From contig VMGE01000002.1 of assembly GCA_007376395.1 (NCBI GenBank), positions 13,118-77,117 on the forward strand: a stretch of DNA of 64,000 bases, read 5' to 3'. This DNA is from Microgenomates group bacterium Gr01-1014_5 (lineage in GTDB: Bacteria; Patescibacteriota; Microgenomatia; UBA8517; UBA10165). Shown here piece after piece: positions 18,151 to 28,311 of the stretch. The notes under the pieces were generated by a model. That model did no database searches. It was not told the DNA's origin and worked only from the letters and a program-made list of their open reading frames with translations. How positions within the stretch are numbered: the stretch's first letter is position 1; each line of letters begins with the position of its first letter. The translations under genes and the position numbers were made by a program.

Positions 18151-18482
18151 GAAAACACAAAGAAAAATCTTCTGCCAGAAGACAAGTAGAATCTTCTATG
18201 GGCAGTTCCGAAGGAAACCACTCTGGGGTTGTCAAGAGGGAGTTTGAATTTAGCTTCACCGGGCTGACGCAACCTGCAAAACCAACTATTGAAAATAAAA
18301 AGAGCGATAATTCGTTCTACTTTTATCAATCAGCCTCGACTGCCCGCGACCTTGTCAAAACTGTTATACTAGCCACAATCATCTTCAGCCTTGAGGTGAT
18401 GATATACTTTGCCTTGTTCAAACAAGCAGGTATTGGGTACGAAATTTACAAATTAATTAATGGCCAATTTATCAATTTATAA
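18135..18482 (+). CDS. hypothetical small protein with basic N-terminus and C-terminal TM helix
   Basis: 115-aa ORF, divergent from the glycosyltransferase; coding is plausible but unsupported by motifs. Confidence 0.25.
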   Translation: MTRKTRKHKEKSSARRQVESSMGSSEGNHSGVVKREFEFSFTGLTQPAKPTIENKKSDNSFYFYQSASTARDLVKTVILATIIFSLEVMIYFALFKQAGIGYEIYKLINGQFINL

Positions 18483-18644
18483 TGCCTTCAAGAAAACCAT
18501 GGCTTTAGCCGTGGATGAATTGAAGCCATTGAAGATGGTTGGCCAAAGGCGAACATTTCAGAGAACCGCGGATTTATCCGCGGGTATCTATAATTCCTGC
18601 CTTACCCGCCTCTGGCGGGAGGAAGGAAAGGAGGTGACAGGTTA

Positions 18645-18785
18645 ATGGCTATGTACTGTGTTAAATGCCGCGCAAGCCGTGAAGGTAAGTCTCATCAAGA
18701 CGTAACGATGAAGAACGGCAAAAAAGCAACTAAAGCTGTATGTGAAGTTTGCGGCACAACCATGTTTAAGATTGGAGGAAGGTAA
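18645..18785 (+). CDS. 46-aa zinc-ribbon protein (DUF5679-like)
   Basis: MAMYCVKCRASREGKSHQDVTMKNGKKATKAVCEVCGTTMFKIGGR has two CxxC pairs. A strong SD (AAAGGAGGTGA) and a TATAAT at ~18588 lie upstream, and a terminator follows. Confidence 0.5.
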   Translation: MAMYCVKCRASREGKSHQDVTMKNGKKATKAVCEVCGTTMFKIGGR

Positions 18786-18832
18786 TTCCCAATCTTAAGT
18801 ATGGATCCCGATCATATCGGGGCCAGAAGGAT

Positions 18833-18853
18833 ACCCATTTTGGGTTTCTTTTG
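18833..18853 (+). terminator. intrinsic terminator after the zinc-ribbon gene
   Basis: ACCCAttttGGGT hairpin followed by TTCTTTT; a second hairpin CCCGATcatATCGGG lies just upstream at 18807-18821. Confidence 0.45.
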
Positions 18854-18918
18854 GTGCGAGAAACTACTGCTCTATATAAATTCCTCGAGTCCTCCTAAAA
18901 TCGCAGCACGAGCCGTGT

Positions 18919-19578
18919 ATGAATAATACCCAAAAGGCGAGTGCTAAGATTAGGAGGATTATGAGTAATCTACCAACTAACCTCCACGAGGTATTTAAGA
19001 TCTTTGCTCAAAATTTCCGCCCCATACCCTTAGAAGCTGTCTTTAATTCCCCCTTCCAAATTCTTGTTGCCGTCATGCTCTCGGCCCGAACCCGTGATGA
19101 AACAACCGTTAAAATATGCCAAAACCTGTTTAAAATTGCGCCAACTCCTCAAAAACTAAACGTGTTAAGTATCGAGGAGCTCACTGAACTATTGCGTTCC
19201 GTCGGTTTTTACAAAACAAAAGCAAAACATCTTAAAAACTTAACAGAGCGTTTGTTACACAACTTTAAAGGAGAGGTGCCCCAAACCCTCGAAGGTCTAA
19301 CCAGTTTGCCCGGCGTCGGCAGAAAAACCGCCAACATTGTTCTTGGACGCGCATTTAACATACCGGCAATTGGCGTGGATACGCACGTCCACAGAATCGC
19401 CAATACACTTGGATGGGTAAAAACAAAAACTCCTCAAACTACAGAGAAAGAGCTTGTAAAAATCCTGCCTAAAAAGTACTGGATAAAGATAAATCAATAC
19501 TTTGTTTCGATCGGACAGCAATATAGAAACAACAAACAATTGACAAATTTTTTAAAACAAAATAATATTAAGCTATGA
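18919..19578 (+). CDS. HhH-GPD superfamily DNA glycosylase (endonuclease III family, no Fe-S cluster)
   Basis: LPGVGRKTANIVL helix-hairpin-helix followed by a catalytic Asp region (GVDTHVHRI); no C-terminal Cys cluster. Confidence 0.7.
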   Translation: MNNTQKASAKIRRIMSNLPTNLHEVFKIFAQNFRPIPLEAVFNSPFQILVAVMLSARTRDETTVKICQNLFKIAPTPQKLNVLSIEELTELLRSVGFYKTKAKHLKNLTERLLHNFKGEVPQTLEGLTSLPGVGRKTANIVLGRAFNIPAIGVDTHVHRIANTLGWVKTKTPQTTEKELVKILPKKYWIKINQYFVSIGQQYRNNKQLTNFLKQNNIKL

Positions 19579-19976
19579 GTTCTGTTTCGCGGGTAATGTA
19601 CTTTTTGGGTATCCTTTTGTTTTTAATGGGAACATATGGATCACTGCGTATTGTCCATGTGTCTTACCGTGAAGTTCCCTATCCAAGCGCTGGTGTTATG
19701 CCATCTACTTTATTATTTTCAGGATCTTACGCTTTAACTTACGGGGGGCGTGAGTCAGATTGTGACCCATATCCAATGATTTATTACGAAGAAGATAATA
19801 AAACACCAAGAGACGCAACAGAAGAAGAAAAGACACTTGAACAAAGAATGCAAGAGCGTTGTGTTCAGGGTTTTAATGAAGAACGTGCAAAAACCAGACA
19901 ATACGACAAAAATCTTTCAGCCTTTTTGGTCTTTGTCGGAGTAGGCCTCATCTTCTCCCGCCGGTTTGTAGAGTAG
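19575..19976 (+). CDS. hypothetical membrane protein
   Basis: 133 aa with N- and C-terminal hydrophobic helices. Confidence 0.35.
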   Translation: MSSVSRVMYFLGILLFLMGTYGSLRIVHVSYREVPYPSAGVMPSTLLFSGSYALTYGGRESDCDPYPMIYYEEDNKTPRDATEEEKTLEQRMQERCVQGFNEERAKTRQYDKNLSAFLVFVGVGLIFSRRFVE

Positions 19977-20414
19977 TTAGCTTTCTAAAATAATTGTCAC
20001 CGGGCCGTCAGCCGCACTTTCAATTTCCATGTAGTTTCCAAAACTGCCAATTTCTACTTTAACACCAAGCTCTTTAAGACTCTGGACAAACCTCTCGTAA
20101 ACTTGCCGTGCTAAATCGGGTTCTGCAGCATTCACAAACGAAGGCCTTCTCCCCCCTGAAGTATCGGCATACAAGGTAAACTGCGAAACAATTAATATTT
20201 CTCCACCCATATCCTTAACAGATAAATTCATCTTTCCATCCTTATCTGCCATTATCCTAAGTTCAACACACTTTTGCGCCATAGCGAAAACTGTGTTGAA
20301 GCTATCTTGCTTACCGACTCCAAGAAGAATAAAAAGTCCGCGGTCTATCTGACCAACAGTTTTCCCTTCTGAAGTAACTTTAGCTTTTTTAACTCTCTGA
20401 ATTACCAGTTTCAT
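19977..20414 (-). CDS. dtd: D-aminoacyl-tRNA deacylase
   Basis: MKLVIQRVKKAKV..., SQFTLYAD and GRRPSF motifs. Confidence 0.85.
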   Translation of the reverse strand: MKLVIQRVKKAKVTSEGKTVGQIDRGLFILLGVGKQDSFNTVFAMAQKCVELRIMADKDGKMNLSVKDMGGEILIVSQFTLYADTSGGRRPSFVNAAEPDLARQVYERFVQSLKELGVKVEIGSFGNYMEIESAADGPVTIILES

Positions 20415-20961
20415 TTTTACCTTTAATTAATCTCGAAGCCCACTCTTCTAAATCATGCTCTCTATTTCTAAACTGTTCAATAATCTCGTGTCTAATATTC
20501 CAGGCAAGTTCTGAAATATCAGCAATATACGGATGTATCCTATTAGTCCATGCTTGTAAATAATCTGCGCATATTTTCGCATATTTTGCCTGAGGTAACA
20601 TTATCAGCGTTATCACTTGCTTTTTATCTTCGCAATCTTCAATTAATTGCACTCTCGCTAGGTTAAGCCCAAGAGGAATACTGTCTGCGCGGGACTCTCT
20701 GGATATTGTTAGACCTGTGGTAAGAATACTTGTCAGTGCCTGAAGTCTTTCCGGCTCATAAACAGGAGAAAGCGGACCTGCAAAAATATCAATATATTCT
20801 ACCGGATGCCCAGAAGTACCTGATTCTGTATCAACCCTTACAACTTCCTGGAAGTAGATCTCGTTTCCTAACTTTAACCGCTCACGAAGAACTTTAAGAA
20901 TATTATTACATATCAATTCGCGAGGCGATTCGCCAATAAGTATTTCAGTCATGGAAGACAT
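20389..20961 (-). CDS. hypothetical protein
   Basis: 190-aa ORF with good codon usage; no recognisable motif. Confidence 0.35.
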   Translation of the reverse strand: MSSMTEILIGESPRELICNNILKVLRERLKLGNEIYFQEVVRVDTESGTSGHPVEYIDIFAGPLSPVYEPERLQALTSILTTGLTISRESRADSIPLGLNLARVQLIEDCEDKKQVITLIMLPQAKYAKICADYLQAWTNRIHPYIADISELAWNIRHEIIEQFRNREHDLEEWASRLIKGKNETGNSES

Positions 20962-21003
20962 TATACCCTGTAGTATATCGCGGGTGCAAATTTAAATAAA
21001 CAG

Positions 21004-21744
21004 TTAACCACTATTAACCCTTATTTGTTTAAAATTGGCAATTTCTACTTTCGCATTAGGTAAATCTAACAAACTAAAATTAGAAGAGCCTTGTGGAATG
21101 GCGTTTAATTTATAGATTGAAGGATCTATTACACCTGGGTCATCTGTTCTAATATGCATTCCACCGCCCATTATTGAAGTTCCTCTTGTTCCCCAACCAC
21201 TAACGAGAGAAAGATGTAAATGAACTAGCCGACCTTCATCTCCTTTAGGATCTTTATATAATTCACCTATCACATCGCCTTTTTTAACAGTTACCCCAAA
21301 ATAAACCGTTGGTCGAACATGCACATATGTAGAGAACATCCCGCTATCATCTGCACCATGTTCTATGTTTATCATAATTCCATATCCGCCACCTACCGCT
21401 TCTGGTGTATCTAAAACTTGTTTTACCACCCCATCAGCAACTGCGCGAATCTTCGTATCCTCCGATAATCCTAGAACAACTCTATTATCTGTTGTTACAT
21501 ACGCTGCAAAATCAAATCCGTTATGACCCTTTTTTGTTTCCCTATCAAATAGAAATCCATTCCAATTTACCCACTCTTTAAAATTGGGGATGTCTGAGCT
21601 GTTAATAGGTAAGGACGTATCTAATTCAGGAGACCACTCTTTAGTGTCTTTGTCTAATGACCTTCTTACTATTTGATTCTTTTTATCAAAGACTAATTCC
21701 AGAGGATTAATTATTAGAATTTCTTTAGGAACGCCGTCTGTCAT
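21004..21744 (-). CDS. M23 family metallopeptidase (LytM-like)
   Basis: GHNGFDFAA (HxxxD) and VHLHLSL (HxH) motifs. Confidence 0.65.
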   Translation of the reverse strand: MTDGVPKEILIINPLELVFDKKNQIVRRSLDKDTKEWSPELDTSLPINSSDIPNFKEWVNWNGFLFDRETKKGHNGFDFAAYVTTDNRVVLGLSEDTKIRAVADGVVKQVLDTPEAVGGGYGIMINIEHGADDSGMFSTYVHVRPTVYFGVTVKKGDVIGELYKDPKGDEGRLVHLHLSLVSGWGTRGTSIMGGGMHIRTDDPGVIDPSIYKLNAIPQGSSNFSLLDLPNAKVEIANFKQIRVNSG

Positions 21745-21784
21745 GTGCCAAGTATATCACGAAAACGGATAACTAACTTCATTT

Positions 21785-22450
21785 TTATCCAGAAGACAAT
21801 TCAGGATTTCTTTTGTAGCTTGATCCGATAAGCCAACCTGTAACAAAACCGCCAACGTGCGCTAGATACGCAACTCCCCCAACATCTCCCGGCGAAAAGG
21901 CAATAGAACCTACGCCTGAGAAAAGTTGGGTAACAAACCAGTAGATTAACATTACCGAGGCAGGAATATTGACTACTGAAACAAACCCCATGACCGGAAC
22001 CAAAGTCTTAATTGTATGGTGCGGAAACATGGCAAAGTAAGCTCCTAAGACCCCTGCCACAGCTCCGGACGCGCCGAGCATGGGAATATCAGAATAAGGC
22101 GAGAGCATGTATTGCGCCAATCCCCCCACGACCCCAGCCAAAGTGTAAAAAACCGGGAAAAAGACTTGACCCAGCTTTTCCTCAACATTGTCGCCAAAAA
22201 CCCAAAGAAAAAGCATGTTGGAAGCAATATGCAAAAATCCGCCATGTAAATACTGGCTGGTTACAAAAGGAATTAGGGTTGACCAATTGCCAAAATCGAC
22301 AAGTGACGGAACAAGGGCGTACTGGTAAATAAAGCTTTCCAAATCCGGCGAGTTAAGCTGTATAAAGAATACAAAGACGCTTAGTGCAATAATGGCAATT
22401 GTCCAAAAAGGAAAAATACCAGCAGGGTGAGAGTCTTTTAAGGGAATCAT
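21785..22450 (-). CDS. rhomboid family intramembrane serine protease
   Basis: GASGAVAGVLGAYF (GxSG) and AHVGGFVTG (catalytic His) in a 6-TM protein. Confidence 0.8.
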   Translation of the reverse strand: MIPLKDSHPAGIFPFWTIAIIALSVFVFFIQLNSPDLESFIYQYALVPSLVDFGNWSTLIPFVTSQYLHGGFLHIASNMLFLWVFGDNVEEKLGQVFFPVFYTLAGVVGGLAQYMLSPYSDIPMLGASGAVAGVLGAYFAMFPHHTIKTLVPVMGFVSVVNIPASVMLIYWFVTQLFSGVGSIAFSPGDVGGVAYLAHVGGFVTGWLIGSSYKRNPELSSG

Positions 22451-23994
22451 ATTAAGTCATCAGTCTTTGGTCTGAATTGTAAAGCTTCAGAGACGTATCC
22501 TGAGATAATATCACGGCTGTCTGCTAAGTCTGCAATAGTCCTCGCAATTTTTAACACCTTGTAATACGAGCGTGCGGAGAGGTTCAACTGGAGGGTTGCT
22601 TGACGTAATAGGATTTGAGAGGTGTTATCTAAAACACAGAATTGTTTTGTTTGTTTTGTCGACATCTCAGAGTTTGACTTAATCCGCCTTACAGACGACA
22701 ACTTTGCAAATCTTTTTAGTTGTATATTTCTCGCCTTTTGCACGCGCTTTTGGATAGTTTTTGAATTTTCAGAGTCAGAGTTTGTCGCTATCAATTTTTC
22801 TATTCTGACTTGGGGAATATCTAGATGAATATCAATACGGTCAAGGATTGGCCCTGAAATCCTTTTTTGATAACGGGAGATTTGTCCCGGTAAACAGCGG
22901 CAGTGCCTTGTATCTGATCCGTAATAGCCGCAAGGACAAGGATTGGCAGCAGCAACCAAAGTAAATTGGGCAGGATAAGCAACTGTTCCTGCGGCGCGGG
23001 AAATAGTGACAACGCCGTCTTCCATTGGCTGGCGCAAAGCTTCTAAGACGTGCCGCGGGAACTCGGGAAACTCATCCAAAAACAAAACCCCTCTGTGCGC
23101 CAGAGATATTTCACCTGGTAAAGGGTGTGAACTGCCTCCTATCAAACCAATACGACTGGTTGTGTGATGAGGACTCCTAAAAGGACGCGAACGGACAACC
23201 GATTGCCCCTCCGGTAAATTTCCAGTAATCGAATAGATTTTAGTTACTTCTAACGCTTCGTCTTCAGTCAGTTCTGGTAAAATTCCCGGGAAAGCCCGGG
23301 CAATCATTGTCTTTCCGCTTCCTGGCGTGCCTTTCATAAACACGTTATGACTGCCGGCTGCCGCTATCTCCATTGCGCGCTTGGCATGTTCCTGTCCTTG
23401 AATTTCGGCAAAATCGAACTCGATTTGGGTTTTCTCTAATAGTTTGCGAAAAGGAGTTGTTGGAAAAGGCTCAATTTCTTGTACCCCTGACATATGGCGG
23501 AAAAGCCCGATTAAATTTTCAACCGGATAAACTTTTATGCCGCGCACTACCGAGGCTTCCTGTGCATTCATTTTCGGAACAAAGAGATGACTTTTGCCTT
23601 TTTCTTTCGCCAGTATCGCCAAAGGTAAAACGCCTGCCGTGTGGCGCAGTGACCCGTCTAAAGAAAGCTCTCCGCAAAAAAAGAATTGGGTCAAGTCACG
23701 AGGGGGTAATTGTTCTGAAGCAAACAAAACTCCAACCGCCATCGGAAGATCAAAGGCTGGGCCTACTTTTGGCAAGTCAGCCGGAGCAAGGTTGACTGTT
23801 ATACGGCGGGGAGGAAAATCTGCTCCGGAGTTTTTAAGCGCAGAACGCACACGCTCTTTTGCTTCTTCGACTGCTTTGTCTGGAAGACCAACTATATTGA
23901 AGGCCGGAAGTCCTTGAGAAGCAATATCCACCTCAACATCAATTAAAACTCCATTAAGTCCAACTGTCGCCCCAGAATAAACCTTGGCAAGCAC
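22447..23994 (-). CDS. comM: YifB/ComM family Mg-chelatase-like AAA+ ATPase
   Basis: Lon-like N-terminus, Walker A GTPGSGKT, zinc-finger-like C4 insert, C-terminal Mg-chelatase ChlI-like domain. Confidence 0.85.
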   Translation of the reverse strand: MLAKVYSGATVGLNGVLIDVEVDIASQGLPAFNIVGLPDKAVEEAKERVRSALKNSGADFPPRRITVNLAPADLPKVGPAFDLPMAVGVLFASEQLPPRDLTQFFFCGELSLDGSLRHTAGVLPLAILAKEKGKSHLFVPKMNAQEASVVRGIKVYPVENLIGLFRHMSGVQEIEPFPTTPFRKLLEKTQIEFDFAEIQGQEHAKRAMEIAAAGSHNVFMKGTPGSGKTMIARAFPGILPELTEDEALEVTKIYSITGNLPEGQSVVRSRPFRSPHHTTSRIGLIGGSSHPLPGEISLAHRGVLFLDEFPEFPRHVLEALRQPMEDGVVTISRAAGTVAYPAQFTLVAAANPCPCGYYGSDTRHCRCLPGQISRYQKRISGPILDRIDIHLDIPQVRIEKLIATNSDSENSKTIQKRVQKARNIQLKRFAKLSSVRRIKSNSEMSTKQTKQFCVLDNTSQILLRQATLQLNLSARSYYKVLKIARTIADLADSRDIISGYVSEALQFRPKTDDLI

Positions 23995-24001
23995 AGTTTT
24001 A

Positions 24002-25648
24002 CTATACCACTTTATTTTCAGAGGCAGCCTTTGTAAAAGCTAAGAAAATTGGATGGGGAGAAAGCGGACGGGACTTAAGCTCTGGATGAAATTGAACACC
24101 GACAAAAAACGGGTGTGATGTTTTGTTTAATTCAATCGCTTCGACTAATTTTTTGTCAGGAGACAAACCGGAAAATAATATTCCGTTTTTCTCAAAAACT
24201 TTTCTGTAAGTATTGTTAAATTCGTATCTATGTCTGTGACGCTCTGAAATCTCTCTTTTTTTATATATTTCCCGAAGTAAACTGCCTTTTTTAACACGGC
24301 AATCCCAAGCGCCTAATCTTATTGTGCCGCCAAATTGCTTTTTGGCTAAATACGCTTTTTGGCCGGGCATGATATGGATAATTTTCTCGGGAGCTGTACT
24401 GTCAACTTCTTCAGAATTTGCTTTTTGGTAACCTAATACATTTCTGGCGAATTCTACAGCCGCCATCTGCATCCCAAAACACAATCCAAGAAAAGGGATT
24501 TTATTTTCTCTGGCATATTTAACTGCGCGGATTTTTCCCTCTGTGCCTCTAGATCCCCAACCTTGCGGAACTAAGACGCCGTCCAATCCCTTCAATAATT
24601 CCTCCTCTTTTGAAACCTTTTCTAATTTTTCTGCATCCACCCATTTGATATTTAATTTTGTTCCTTGCTTGAAACAAGCGTGTTTTAAGGCTTCGTTAAC
24701 ACAAACATAAGCATCCTCAAGACTATATTCATCCGAGGAGATGTATTTTCCGACAATCCCAATATTAATTTCCTTGTCGGAAATCTTAGAATTTGCCACC
24801 ATCTTTTCCCATTCCGCTAAATCTTTTTTGCGGCTTTTAATCTTTAATTTTTCTAAAATTTTGTTTGTTAAGTTTTGTTTTTCCAAAACTAGAGGTACTT
24901 CATAAATTGTTTCTACGTCTGGATTAGAAATTACGTCTTCTAAATCAAGTGAGGCAGAAAAGGCAATTTTCCCGCGGCGTTTGTTGTCGACATATTTTTC
25001 GGCCCTGGCGATAACAAAGTCCGGACGCAATCCCAAAGAGTTTAATTCATGAATTGATTGCTGTAACGGTTTGGATTTTAACTCGCCTAAATTTTTTGGT
25101 AAAGGTAAGTATCCTACGTGAAGCAATAAAACCGAGGATGGGTGTTTAATTTTAAGGCGCCTTATCGCCTCGAAAAACATGATATTTTGGTATTCACCAA
25201 CAGTACCTCCAAGCTCAACTATAACTATTTCTTGGTTTTTGGCCGCAATATTTATCCTCCGGATAATTTCCTCGGGGATCTCTGAATATGTGTCAACTGT
25301 TTGCCCGTTGTACTCAAGCCGGCGTTCGCGGTTTAAGACCTCCCAATACACTTGTCCTGCTGTAATATAGTTTCTTCCGGGCAAACTCTCACCCAAAAAC
25401 CTCTCGTAATGTCCCAAATCCTGATCCGTCTCTGCTTTGTCATCAGTAACAAAAACCTCTCCATGCTCTACTGGATTCATTGTTCCGGCGTCAATATTTA
25501 AATACATGTCGCACTTGACAGCTGTTACCTTAAAACCTCTGGATTTAAGAAGAAGCGCAATTGAAGCAGTTGTTATTCCTTTACCGACTCCCGACAAAAC
25601 TCCCCCTGAAACAAAAATATACTTAAGAGATTTTTTTGTGTCCTGCAT
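24002..25648 (-). CDS. pyrG: CTP synthase
   Basis: N-terminal synthase domain (GGVLSGVGKG) and glutamine amidotransferase domain (GLCFGMQ). Confidence 0.9.
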   Translation of the reverse strand: MQDTKKSLKYIFVSGGVLSGVGKGITTASIALLLKSRGFKVTAVKCDMYLNIDAGTMNPVEHGEVFVTDDKAETDQDLGHYERFLGESLPGRNYITAGQVYWEVLNRERRLEYNGQTVDTYSEIPEEIIRRINIAAKNQEIVIVELGGTVGEYQNIMFFEAIRRLKIKHPSSVLLLHVGYLPLPKNLGELKSKPLQQSIHELNSLGLRPDFVIARAEKYVDNKRRGKIAFSASLDLEDVISNPDVETIYEVPLVLEKQNLTNKILEKLKIKSRKKDLAEWEKMVANSKISDKEINIGIVGKYISSDEYSLEDAYVCVNEALKHACFKQGTKLNIKWVDAEKLEKVSKEEELLKGLDGVLVPQGWGSRGTEGKIRAVKYARENKIPFLGLCFGMQMAAVEFARNVLGYQKANSEEVDSTAPEKIIHIMPGQKAYLAKKQFGGTIRLGAWDCRVKKGSLLREIYKKREISERHRHRYEFNNTYRKVFEKNGILFSGLSPDKKLVEAIELNKTSHPFFVGVQFHPELKSRPLSPHPIFLAFTKAASENKVV

Positions 25649-25785
25649 TAAAGCTCCGAGGGTTAAAACCCTCGCATCTTAGTCCGTTACTCGAATACGG
25701 ACTTAAAGATATTTACCAAAAATCCAGACACTAAGCAACAACCAATCACAATCCAGACAAGTAAAATACATCAAATATTGTGTTT

Positions 25786-26778
25786 CTATATTCTGGCCTT
25801 TTTAAAGTATTCCAAATCTCGAACCAATTCAACTTTCGCATGATCAAGGCCTGGATTATTTCCAGTTTCTGCATAATAAACGGAAACGTGTAAACAAAAT
25901 ATCATTCTAAAAAGATGGATCTTAAAATCAAAATCGTCTCCAATTAACTCTTTGTTTTTGTATCCTTCAACAAGCCAGCTTAAAGGGAATTTTTCTCCCC
26001 AATAATAGTCCCAGCGCGCCATTTCCTGTAAAGGATACCCTCCGTGGACTGTCTCGAAATCAATTATCCCTGTTATTTTTCCGTTTGCTACTAAAATATG
26101 TTTTGGCGAAAAGTCATTATGTAACAGCACGCTTTGAGAAACTTCATCAAACACAGCGTCATTTGCTTTGATAATTTTTAAAGCTTTTTGTATAAGTTTG
26201 TCACTGATTCCGGTTTTTGCCTCAGAGCGTCCAAATTTGTCAACTTTATCGAGTCTGTCTTCTATGTATTCTCTATATGTTTCAAATCGGCCATTACCTT
26301 CTTTGTCTAAACCCCCAAACTTAGTCAATTTAATCGTGTGGATTGTGCTCAACATTTCTCCTGCCTGAAGAACAATATTCTTCAACGTCTTTTTGTCACC
26401 ACTTTTTATTTCGCCAAGACTTACACCTGGAAGCTTTTCCAAAACTGACACTCTGACTGTTTCTGTGCCATCGGTAATTTCTCCAACAAACAAAACTCTT
26501 GGTACTGGTAAGCCTAGTTCTTTGCATTTGCCGATAGCCCAAGTTTCTGCCTCGTAGTCACTCCACTCGTTACGACAAATTCTGATAACGATTTCTTGAC
26601 TGTCATCAGTTTTAATATCATAGACTTCGCTGTTTTCTCCTTTAATTAGACGTTCTCTCGTTTTTGTTTTCTGTCCTGTCGCTTTTTCAACAATCTTAGA
26701 TAGCAAACCCTCTGACACTTGGTGTTTACTATGCCTTTTTTCTAAAAATTGTTGGTATGTCTGTTTAGACTTTCTCAT
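25786..26778 (-). CDS. aminoglycoside phosphotransferase-fold (APH/protein-kinase-like) protein
   Basis: LLHNDFSPKHILV (Brenner HxD motif variant) and IDFETV (DFG-like). Confidence 0.6.
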   Translation of the reverse strand: MRKSKQTYQQFLEKRHSKHQVSEGLLSKIVEKATGQKTKTRERLIKGENSEVYDIKTDDSQEIVIRICRNEWSDYEAETWAIGKCKELGLPVPRVLFVGEITDGTETVRVSVLEKLPGVSLGEIKSGDKKTLKNIVLQAGEMLSTIHTIKLTKFGGLDKEGNGRFETYREYIEDRLDKVDKFGRSEAKTGISDKLIQKALKIIKANDAVFDEVSQSVLLHNDFSPKHILVANGKITGIIDFETVHGGYPLQEMARWDYYWGEKFPLSWLVEGYKNKELIGDDFDFKIHLFRMIFCLHVSVYYAETGNNPGLDHAKVELVRDLEYFKKARI

Positions 26779-26885
26779 TTGGAAAGTATACTATGAACTT
26801 GTTTTGAAACAAGTTCTCACAACTCACATTATACAATTTAGCAAAGCTAACACGTGAGTTGCGAAACGAGTTTTATGTTTAAGAT

Positions 26886-28292
26886 ATGTCGGGTCAGAAT
26901 CCCACAATAATAATAATCTTCGGAGCAACCGGGGACTTGACTGCCAAGAAAATTGCCCCGGCCCTATTCCACCTCTGGGCTAAAAACAGACTTCCTCAAA
27001 AGCTAAAAGTCGTTGGCTTCTCTAGACGTGCATTAACTGACGAAAAATTCCAAGAATATATTCAAGGGCTAGTCAAAAAAGATTCCCATATTAAGTTTAA
27101 CAAAAAGACACTCGACTCTTACCTTCAGCTTTTCAACTACCAGCAAGGCGACTTTAGCGTTAAAGAAGATTATCTTATGCTTGAAGAGTACCTCGAAAAA
27201 TTAGAAAACGATTGGGGGCAAAAAGCCAACAAGCTATTTTACCTTGCCGTGCCGCCGACGCTTTATGAAGGCATTTTTGAACACCTTTCTTCAACAAAAA
27301 TAGCCCGCGAGCAAAAAGGAACCTGGAATAGAATTGTTGTCGAAAAACCGTTTGGCAATGATTTAAAAACAGCTGAAAAGTTAGATGAGATTCTAGGTAA
27401 GTTATTTAGCGAAGAACAAATCTACCGCATAGACCATTATCTGGGCAAAGATCTTTTGCAAAATATTATAGCCTTCCGTTTTTCCAACAACCTCCTTGAA
27501 CATAGTTGGAATAATAAATTAATTGAGAGTATTGAAATACACCTGAATGAATCAAGCGGAATTGACGATGACCGGGGCGATTCATATGACCCGGTAGGAG
27601 CTCTGCGGGATGTTGGACAAAACCATCTTTTACAAATGCTTGCCCTGGTTACTATGGATAATCCCATGAATTTTTCTGCAAAACAGATAAGACAAAATAG
27701 AGCAAAAATTATAGAGACTTTAAAACCTTTCACTCTCCAAGAGATCAAAAAACAAACTTTTCGCGGTCAATATGAAGGCTATAGAAAAGTTAAAAATGTC
27801 CCGGATTATTCCCAAACAGAAACCTATTTTAAAATCACAGGTGAATTAAAATCTCCCCGCTGGAAAGGGGTCTCGTTTGTTCTGGAAAGCGGGAAAAAAC
27901 TTCCTTCTCAGCGAAAAGAGATTATCGTTACTTTTAAACAAACAGGGGGACGAAAAAACAAAGTTGTCTTTTCTCTAGAGCCAAGAGAAAAAATTACCAT
28001 ACTTTTTTGGGCGAAAAAACCCGGGCTGGATATGGAAATTGAGGAAAGGGAGTTTGATTTTTCCTACCGGCGCGAGCACGAACAGGATGGGGAGCAAACA
28101 GCCGCTTATGAAAAACTTTTACTGGACTGTTTAACAGGAGACCAGACACTCTTTGTTTCGACTGAAGAAGTACGGGCAATGTGGAGGTTTATCGATCCAA
28201 TAATCAGAGCGTGGCAAGAAGATAAAGTCCCCCTTGAGATTCACAAACAAAGAGAAACTCCGGCAAACAAGATTACTCGTGTCCGCCGGTAG
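26886..28292 (+). CDS. zwf: glucose-6-phosphate 1-dehydrogenase
   Basis: IFGATGDLTAKK NADP-binding motif and RIDHYLGK active-site motif. Confidence 0.85.
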   Translation: MSGQNPTIIIIFGATGDLTAKKIAPALFHLWAKNRLPQKLKVVGFSRRALTDEKFQEYIQGLVKKDSHIKFNKKTLDSYLQLFNYQQGDFSVKEDYLMLEEYLEKLENDWGQKANKLFYLAVPPTLYEGIFEHLSSTKIAREQKGTWNRIVVEKPFGNDLKTAEKLDEILGKLFSEEQIYRIDHYLGKDLLQNIIAFRFSNNLLEHSWNNKLIESIEIHLNESSGIDDDRGDSYDPVGALRDVGQNHLLQMLALVTMDNPMNFSAKQIRQNRAKIIETLKPFTLQEIKKQTFRGQYEGYRKVKNVPDYSQTETYFKITGELKSPRWKGVSFVLESGKKLPSQRKEIIVTFKQTGGRKNKVVFSLEPREKITILFWAKKPGLDMEIEEREFDFSYRREHEQDGEQTAAYEKLLLDCLTGDQTLFVSTEEVRAMWRFIDPIIRAWQEDKVPLEIHKQRETPANKITRVRR

Positions 28293-28311
28293 CTTCAATT
28301 TACCAAGAGAA

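Noticed and set aside
25786-26778. APH-like kinase as an antibiotic-resistance determinant
   Set aside because: The Brenner motif is divergent (HNDFSPKH) and there is no mobile-element context, and the APH fold is shared by many housekeeping small-molecule kinases. A resistance call is not supportable from sequence alone.
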